A stretch of 56,938 nucleotides of DNA from an uncultured Nitrosomonas sp. (GTDB lineage Bacteria; Pseudomonadota; Gammaproteobacteria; Burkholderiales; Nitrosomonadaceae): NCBI GenBank assembly GCA_964421895.1, contig CAYQZF010000001.1, forward strand, positions 1 through 56,938, in the 5' to 3' direction. The notes under the pieces were generated by a model. That model ran no database searches, had not been told where the DNA came from, and worked only from the letters and a program-made list of their open reading frames with translations. A program made the position numbers and the translations under genes. Below, piece after piece: positions 50,939-56,938 of this stretch (positions within the stretch are counted from its first letter, which is position 1; each line of letters opens with the position of its first letter).

Positions 50939-51938
50939 GATGGAAGAATTGCGCTTGATTCTTCGTCAGTTGTACGGCCATTTCAATGGCAGTCAGCAGA
51001 CTGCCTGGATTTGCGCGGCCTGTTGCTGCCAGCTCCAACGCGGTTCCGTGATCAACCGAAGTACGGATGATTGGAAGTCCTAGTGTAATATTCACGCCTC
51101 CGCCAAAACTGGCATGCTTCAAGACCGGCAATCCTTGGTCATGATACATCGTAAAGATACAGTCGTATTGTTTGAGCTGCACCGGATTGAACAAAGTATC
51201 CGCCGGTATCGGACCGGATAGCTGCATGCCCTCCGCGCGCAGTTTATTCAGCACAGGAATAATGATGTCGATTTCTTCCCGTCCGAGATGACCGGATTCA
51301 CCGGCATGCGGATTAAGGCCGGCAACGGCGATGCGCGGATTTTCCAGCAGGAAACGTGTGATCAGATCACGTTGAATGATGCGTAATTTGCTTTCGATTC
51401 TATCCGCCGTGATCGCCGCAGCCACATCTTTCAGCGGCAAATGCGTAGTTGCCAGCGTTACCCGCATATTGCCGCCGGTCAGCATCATGACCACCGGGCT
51501 ATGCAACAATTCCGACAAATATTCGGTATGACCGGTAAAAGGAATACCAGCATCGTTGATCACACCTTTGTGCACCGGCGCAGTCACTATGCCGTGGAAC
51601 CGGCCGGATTGACAGGCTGCAACCGCGATGCGCAAAGTTTCCAGCACATACAGCGCATTCGCCGGATCGAGAACTCCCGGCATGACCGGCTCCGTCAACG
51701 GAACATGGATGAATTGCAAACTACACGGCTTATGCAGCTTAGGCGCGGAAGCGGAAACATCGATCAGTTTCAGCGGCAGCCTCAATTGCCGTGCTCGCGC
51801 CAGCAACATATCACCATCCGCAATCGCAATTAGCTGGCACGACAACGGATGCTGCGCGATCTGTACACATAAATCGGGACCGATACCGGCAGGTTCGCCG
51901 GGCGTCAATGCCAGTGTAGGGAAAAATCTAGTGCTCAT
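50928..51938 (-). CDS. pdxA: 4-hydroxythreonine-4-phosphate dehydrogenase
   Basis: TPGEPAGIGP, FTGHTE, GLNPHAGE, MYHDQG, RTSVDHGTA. Start placed at about 51938. Confidence 0.96.
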   Translation of the reverse strand: MSTRFFPTLALTPGEPAGIGPDLCVQIAQHPLSCQLIAIADGDMLLARARQLRLPLKLIDVSASAPKLHKPCSLQFIHVPLTEPVMPGVLDPANALYVLETLRIAVAACQSGRFHGIVTAPVHKGVINDAGIPFTGHTEYLSELLHSPVVMMLTGGNMRVTLATTHLPLKDVAAAITADRIESKLRIIQRDLITRFLLENPRIAVAGLNPHAGESGHLGREEIDIIIPVLNKLRAEGMQLSGPIPADTLFNPVQLKQYDCIFTMYHDQGLPVLKHASFGGGVNITLGLPIIRTSVDHGTALELAATGRANPGSLLTAIEMAVQLTKNQAQFFHHAP

Positions 51939-53256
51939 GTTCATCGTCCAACCGGTACTCCACATACGCCTGGTCGCGCAGTTGCCGCAACCATTCCTGC
52001 ACCACCACATCAGCCTTGCGAGACCGTATCGCTTGTCTTGCCGCCTGACGGCGCCGGTCTTGGCTGATGTCCTGCGAGCGGCGTTCCAGCACTTGAATCA
52101 AATGCCAGCCGAATTGCGTCCGAACAGGATCGCTGATCTGGCCCGGTAACAGTGCATTCATCGCTCGCTCAAAATCCGGTACGGTATCGCCCGGCGAAAG
52201 CCAACCGAGATCGCCACCGGATGATGCGCTAGTATCCTCGGAATACAGTTTTGCCACTTCTTCAAAACTTTCTCCGCGATCCAATCGCTCCTTAATTTGA
52301 AGGATCTTCTGCTTACCCTCATTTTCCGAAGTCAGTTCGTTAATTTTTATCAGAATATGGCGTGCGCGCGTCTGGTCGATAATGACGGTTTGCATTTCCT
52401 GAGCACGTCTGCCGAGCAGCTTGAAAATATGAAAACCGCTTGGGCTTTGCACCACTGGCGTCACATCGCCGGGTTGCATCGGTTTGAGTAATTCCGCGAA
52501 GGTCGGTCCCATTTGCGTGATTGGACGCCATTCGATGATACCGCCGGTCTTGGCATCGGGTGCATCGGAAAATTCCGCCACGACTTGGGAAAACTCCACG
52601 CCTTGTTTGATTTTTTCATACGCCAGTTTTGCCCGCTCGGCTCTTTGCTGGATTTGACTGGGAGCGGTATTTTCCGGCACCAGTATCAAAATATGTGCAA
52701 GACGGTATTCATCTTGTCCTTCGGAGGTCGTTTTTTGCGTGTGCAGGTAATTGTCGACTTCCCCTTCGGTCACATTGACTTGATGCTTAACCTCCCGCTC
52801 TTTAAGCCGCGCCATAATCATTTCTTCACGTATTTCATCGCGGAATTTATTGTAATGGATACCATCTTTCTCCAATACCGCATGAAATTCCGGCAGCGAC
52901 AATTTATTATCCGCTGCAATCCGTTGTATGGTTTCATCCAATTCGCTTTGGCTGACAGCCAGACCGACTTCCTTGGCGTGTTGCAGTTGAATGTGCTTCA
53001 TGACGACCGATTCTAGCACCTGTTTCTCTAATGTGTGTTGATCCGGCAATTGAACACCTTGTTGCTGCAAGCGGCCCACAGCCAATTTGACCGCATCGTC
53101 AAGCTCCTGGCGCGTAATGACATCTTCGTTGACAACAGCCACGATATGATCGATTGCTTTTGCAGCCGGAACAAACCGTAACTCTTGCGCCGCCAGAGGA
53201 TTTGAAAGCGCCACGATCAACAGAAAGATAATGCAAAAACAATTGCTTTTATGCAT
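51928..53256 (-). CDS. surA: Periplasmic chaperone/PPIase SurA
   Basis: IVAVVNEDVIT, two parvulin domains (AHILI, ARHILI, GGDLGW, FGWHLI). Start placed at 53256 to give a signal peptide. Confidence 0.93.
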   Translation of the reverse strand: MHKSNCFCIIFLLIVALSNPLAAQELRFVPAAKAIDHIVAVVNEDVITRQELDDAVKLAVGRLQQQGVQLPDQHTLEKQVLESVVMKHIQLQHAKEVGLAVSQSELDETIQRIAADNKLSLPEFHAVLEKDGIHYNKFRDEIREEMIMARLKEREVKHQVNVTEGEVDNYLHTQKTTSEGQDEYRLAHILILVPENTAPSQIQQRAERAKLAYEKIKQGVEFSQVVAEFSDAPDAKTGGIIEWRPITQMGPTFAELLKPMQPGDVTPVVQSPSGFHIFKLLGRRAQEMQTVIIDQTRARHILIKINELTSENEGKQKILQIKERLDRGESFEEVAKLYSEDTSASSGGDLGWLSPGDTVPDFERAMNALLPGQISDPVRTQFGWHLIQVLERRSQDISQDRRRQAARQAIRSRKADVVVQEWLRQLRDQAYVEYRLDDEHEH

Positions 53257-53441
53257 AGAATGACAAAATTGGATAAATGCGCCAAGTAAGCTCCGAAAAG
53301 CTGCCGCGCCCAGCCATGCGGCATTCAAATCGGATTCAAAATGCGCTTTGTGCATTCGTAAACTACGTTTCTTCACTTGATTCCACTTAGCTTGACCATC
53401 GTCGCCACACTTTCCCGAAATTCCCTAGAAATAATCAACGA

Positions 53442-55673
53442 TCAATGAATGCTGGTATAGCCCGGAATACTTTGCTGCAGCACTTGCAGCGGATTGTTGC
53501 CGAGCCCCATCAATCCTTTTAATTCCAGCTGCACAAAAAATGCGGTAGTAGTCGTATGCGTTGCAGTCGTCAACCGTTGCAGGACCAGGCGCAAGGCCCA
53601 GCAGCACGAGTTGTATTCAAGACCTGCCAACCCTGCCAGAATTTTATCGTCGAGCAATGAATAATTGACTCGGGTAACGCCATGCCAATTCCCGCCGAGC
53701 GGCCATTGCATCGACGTATCGACTTGCTCCAGCACGCCCCGGGTGAAGCGGTAACCTAAATTGAGCACCTTACCAGTTTCTGGCTGATAACTGATACCAG
53801 TGCGAACTTTCTCAATCCAGAGATTGGATTCATCCATTTGGATATTAGCATCGGTACTGATGCTCTGTGACAGTCTCCCCGATATGGCCGCAATGAAATC
53901 CGACCGGCCGCTGGTCACTTGGGGAAGCGGCAAACGCACCCGAGGGTCGGTGAAACTAAACTGCTGCCCGACTGCAAGCCGCAAATATTCGATCCCTGTT
54001 CCCTGTTCAACAAATCGTGTTGTCAAAGCAGTCACGGCACGATTGGCATCATTAATGCGATCACCGCCGCTGAAGCGATTTTCCGTGAGTATTTGGGCGA
54101 AACTGAAGTCATTGACCGCCGAATCAAAGTTAGGCAGGTAATCTTGATTGCGGTACGGCGCGTAAACATAAAATAAACGCGGCTCCAGCGTTTGGATAAA
54201 TTTCGCACCGCCGATTTCAAGTGGCCGGTCAAACGCAACCCCGCTGTCCCAACTAAAAATGGGAATGGTGCGATCGACAACGTCCCCTTTGTCGCCGGCC
54301 GGTTTATCCAGACTGTAGTGCGTATAATGCAAACCTACTTTAGGGGTGATGTAACCGAATTCATTGCGTAACGGCAGACTGACGTTCGGATAGATGATCA
54401 AGCGGTTGCCGTCCGTGAGCGTCGGATGATAAAAATTGGTCCAGCTGCTCTTTAACTCAAAATCCATTTTCCCTACGTTATATTTCACCGCATTCATAGA
54501 AAAATGCGGCAAGCGCTCGTAGGGAGATACAAATGGCGCCAGCGGATCCTGTATGGTCTGGAAGCGCTGAGCAAATCCGGTGAATTGCAACGCACCATCC
54601 CTTCCCAAGCGGCTGTTATAGGCCACACCGCCTTGTTGCGACAAGTTGGTCAAGCTGGTTTGCGCCAGATTGGGTGTCAGTTGACGGAAATACAAATCGT
54701 CGGAAACCTGGTTGTAATTGAGAAAACCTTGCCAGCCTCTGCCGAAATCCTGTGTATGCGTATATAACACCCCCCAGCGGGTCCGGTCGGTATTGATATC
54801 CACCGGCAGAATATCGAACAGCAAATGACCGTTCATATTGTTATTGCCGATATAGCGCAATTCATTGCTCAACAAGAATCCGCGCATTGTCATCAGCCGC
54901 GGCGTTATCGTGGCATCGACATTGGGCGCGATATTCAAATAGATTGGCAGTCCCATATCAAAACCGGTTTTTGCGTTATAGCCCAGTACCGGCGACAGCA
55001 ATCCGGTTTTCCGCTTACCGCTGTAGGAAAAGTTTATCCACGGTGAATAAAGAATCGGCACATCTTTGAATACAACGCTGACATGCCGCGCGGTACCGAC
55101 TTCTTTCGCATTATCGACTTCGAGTTCCTTGGCGCGCAGGTACCAATCATGCCTTCTGTCAGGACATGTCGTATAGTTGGTTTCTGTTACGCGGTAATGA
55201 TCCTTACCCTCAAGATACAAGATATCGCCAGCACCGCGACCTCTTCCCTTCTTCATTGAATAACGCGGCTCGGTTAATTGACCGACTTCGGTTTCGACAT
55301 TCAATTCGAGTTTTTTGCCTTTCAGAATATCCTTGGGTCTTTCCAAGCGCACATTCCCTTCCACTTCGGCATCTTCGGTTTGCTCGTAATATTTCATGCG
55401 GTCGGCACTGAGTGTATTATCGCCCTGCCGCAACACGGCATTCCCGGTTGCCTCGACTTCTTGCTTGTAATAACCAGTAATGCGGTCCGCTTCGATAAAA
55501 ACGGGTTTTTTCTGCGGCTTGATGACAGTTTTTTGCTCGTTCTGACTTTCATCATCACCTTTAGTTCTGGGAGCAACGCAGCTGCCCCATCCAGTCAACG
55601 GTAAAGTTAAAAATAAAACTAGAATGAGTAACCGCTGGGTGATGTGCATCTTCATTCCAGGTTTATTGCGCAA
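53442..55673 (-). CDS. lptD: LPS-assembly protein LptD
   Basis: YTTCP, RKTGLL.P, QTLEPRLFY, NRFSGGDRI.DAN, EYNSCCW; lptD-surA-pdxA-rsmA order. Confidence 0.95.
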   Translation of the reverse strand: MRNKPGMKMHITQRLLILVLFLTLPLTGWGSCVAPRTKGDDESQNEQKTVIKPQKKPVFIEADRITGYYKQEVEATGNAVLRQGDNTLSADRMKYYEQTEDAEVEGNVRLERPKDILKGKKLELNVETEVGQLTEPRYSMKKGRGRGAGDILYLEGKDHYRVTETNYTTCPDRRHDWYLRAKELEVDNAKEVGTARHVSVVFKDVPILYSPWINFSYSGKRKTGLLSPVLGYNAKTGFDMGLPIYLNIAPNVDATITPRLMTMRGFLLSNELRYIGNNNMNGHLLFDILPVDINTDRTRWGVLYTHTQDFGRGWQGFLNYNQVSDDLYFRQLTPNLAQTSLTNLSQQGGVAYNSRLGRDGALQFTGFAQRFQTIQDPLAPFVSPYERLPHFSMNAVKYNVGKMDFELKSSWTNFYHPTLTDGNRLIIYPNVSLPLRNEFGYITPKVGLHYTHYSLDKPAGDKGDVVDRTIPIFSWDSGVAFDRPLEIGGAKFIQTLEPRLFYVYAPYRNQDYLPNFDSAVNDFSFAQILTENRFSGGDRINDANRAVTALTTRFVEQGTGIEYLRLAVGQQFSFTDPRVRLPLPQVTSGRSDFIAAISGRLSQSISTDANIQMDESNLWIEKVRTGISYQPETGKVLNLGYRFTRGVLEQVDTSMQWPLGGNWHGVTRVNYSLLDDKILAGLAGLEYNSCCWALRLVLQRLTTATHTTTTAFFVQLELKGLMGLGNNPLQVLQQSIPGYTSIH

Positions 55674-55792
55674 TGCCTATCCATCTGATTCAATTGTTCG
55701 TAATCCTTTCGAGTAGCCTCGTATTGTACCCTTTCTGGCATTTGATGATCCATCGAAAAGTAGGGTTTTTGCGTGATAGGAAAAGCAAAATT

Positions 55793-56140
55793 TCATGAGC
55801 GTGCGCGGAACATGAAATAAACCGCGCCCACCATACATAACGCTGCCCAGAGATAATCGAGCTTCAACGGTTCCTTCAAATAAAAGAGCGCGAACGGCAC
55901 AAAGACCGTCAGCGTTATGACTTCCTGCACAATTTTCAACTGTGCGACCGAAAGCATTGAATAACCGATCCGGTTGGCGGGAACTTGCAGCATGTATTCG
56001 AAGAAAGCGATGCCCCAACTGACCAGGGCAGCAATGATCCACGGTTTATGGCTCAATTCCTTCAGATGCGCGTACCAGGCAAATGTCATGAAAACATTGC
56101 TCAGGGTTAGCAATAGAATAGTTTGCCCAATTTCACGCAT
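55793..56140 (-). CDS. DMT family small membrane protein
   Basis: SNVFMTFAWYAHLK, SWGIAFFEY.LQVPANRIG, QLKI.QEVITL. Start placed at the ATG at 56140. Confidence 0.88.
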   Translation of the reverse strand: MREIGQTILLLTLSNVFMTFAWYAHLKELSHKPWIIAALVSWGIAFFEYMLQVPANRIGYSMLSVAQLKIVQEVITLTVFVPFALFYLKEPLKLDYLWAALCMVGAVYFMFRARS

Positions 56141-56144
56141 GACA

Positions 56145-56938
56145 CTAAATTCCGAGATCCTGCCAAATCGCATCAACCCGCTGCTTGACCGCATCATCCA
56201 TCATGATCGGCGTGCCCCATTCACGATTGGTTTCGCCGGGAAATTTATTGGTCGCATCCAATCCCATTTTGCCGCCCAATCCAGAAATCGGACTGGCGAA
56301 ATCGAGATAATCGATCGGTGTATTTTCCACCAGCAGTGTATCGCGCACCGGATCCACTCGCGTGGTAATCGCCCAGATCACTTCCTTCCAATCGCGCACG
56401 TTGATGTCGTCGTCGGTGACGATGATGAACTTGGTGTACATAAACTGGCGCAAAAAACTCCAGATACCGAACATCACGCGCTTGCTGTGTCCGGCGTACT
56501 GTTTTTTCATGCTGACCACCGCCATGCGGTACGAGCATCCTTCTGGCGGCAGATAAAAATCGGTGATTTCCGGGAATTGTTTTTGCAGCAGCGGCACAAA
56601 AACTTCGTTCAACGCCACGCCGAGAATGGCGGGCTCATCCGGCGGTTTGCCAGTGTACGTGGAATGATAAATCGGGTTGCGGCGCATGGTGATGCGGTCG
56701 ATGGTAAAAACCGGGAACGTTTCCTGTTCGTTATAGTAACCAGTATGGTCACCGTAAGGTCCTTCCAGCGCGGTTTCGCCGGGATGAATCGCGCCTTCTA
56801 AAACAATCTCGGCGCTGGCCGGTACTTGCAGATCGTTGCCAATGCACTTCACTACTTCGGTCTTGGCGCCGCGCAATAATCCCGCAAACTGATATTCGCT
56901 CAAACTGTCCGGCACTGGCGTAACGGCACCGAGAATGG
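56145..56938 (-). CDS. ubiD: 4-hydroxy-3-polyprenylbenzoate decarboxylase UbiD (5' end lies beyond the window)
   Basis: [50 protein letters not shown]. Confidence 0.95.
   Translation of the reverse strand, partial: ILGAVTPVPDSLSEYQFAGLLRGAKTEVVKCIGNDLQVPASAEIVLEGAIHPGETALEGPYGDHTGYYNEQETFPVFTIDRITMRRNPIYHSTYTGKPPDEPAILGVALNEVFVPLLQKQFPEITDFYLPPEGCSYRMAVVSMKKQYAGHSKRVMFGIWSFLRQFMYTKFIIVTDDDINVRDWKEVIWAITTRVDPVRDTLLVENTPIDYLDFASPISGLGGKMGLDATNKFPGETNREWGTPIMMDDAVKQRVDAIWQDLGI

Noticed and set aside
55974-56801. 275-aa plus-strand ORF
   Set aside because: Antisense shadow of ubiD and the DMT gene.

Overview
The gene content looks like a betaproteobacterial chromosome, most similar to Nitrosomonas/Nitrosomonadales; this is an inference from gene families and order, not a database result. 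From left to right the window holds: the end of a [NiFe]-hydrogenase maturation locus (hypB, an N-terminally truncated hypF, an atypical Hsp33); two two-component pairs flanking comEC; fbaB preceded by a MITE-like element; Sel1 and ankyrin exported proteins; ubiH-dusB-fis-purH-purD; and the flagellar flgB-L operon with divergent flgA, where an orphan acyl carrier protein follows flgA instead of flgMN. Next come pbpG, an M32 carboxypeptidase and hemJ, then a six-gene minus-strand block (acyl-CoA/AMP ligase, PLP decarboxylase, exosortase-associated N-acyltransferase, small periplasmic binding-like protein, outer-membrane barrel, membrane sensor-PAS-GGDEF-EAL). The right end has gltX with tRNA-Ala(GGC) and tRNA-Glu(TTC), a decayed island (large metallophosphoesterase, M48 peptidase pseudogene, IS1595 remnant), lemA-TPM-TPM, and ubiD-DMT-lptD-surA-pdxA-rsmA. 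The best candidate for an undescribed system is the 34.3-43.0 kb block, possibly with the ACP at 29.7 kb: a putative acyl-amine synthesis pathway next to an envelope-spanning c-di-GMP sensing module. This is a hypothesis from co-location and motifs only.
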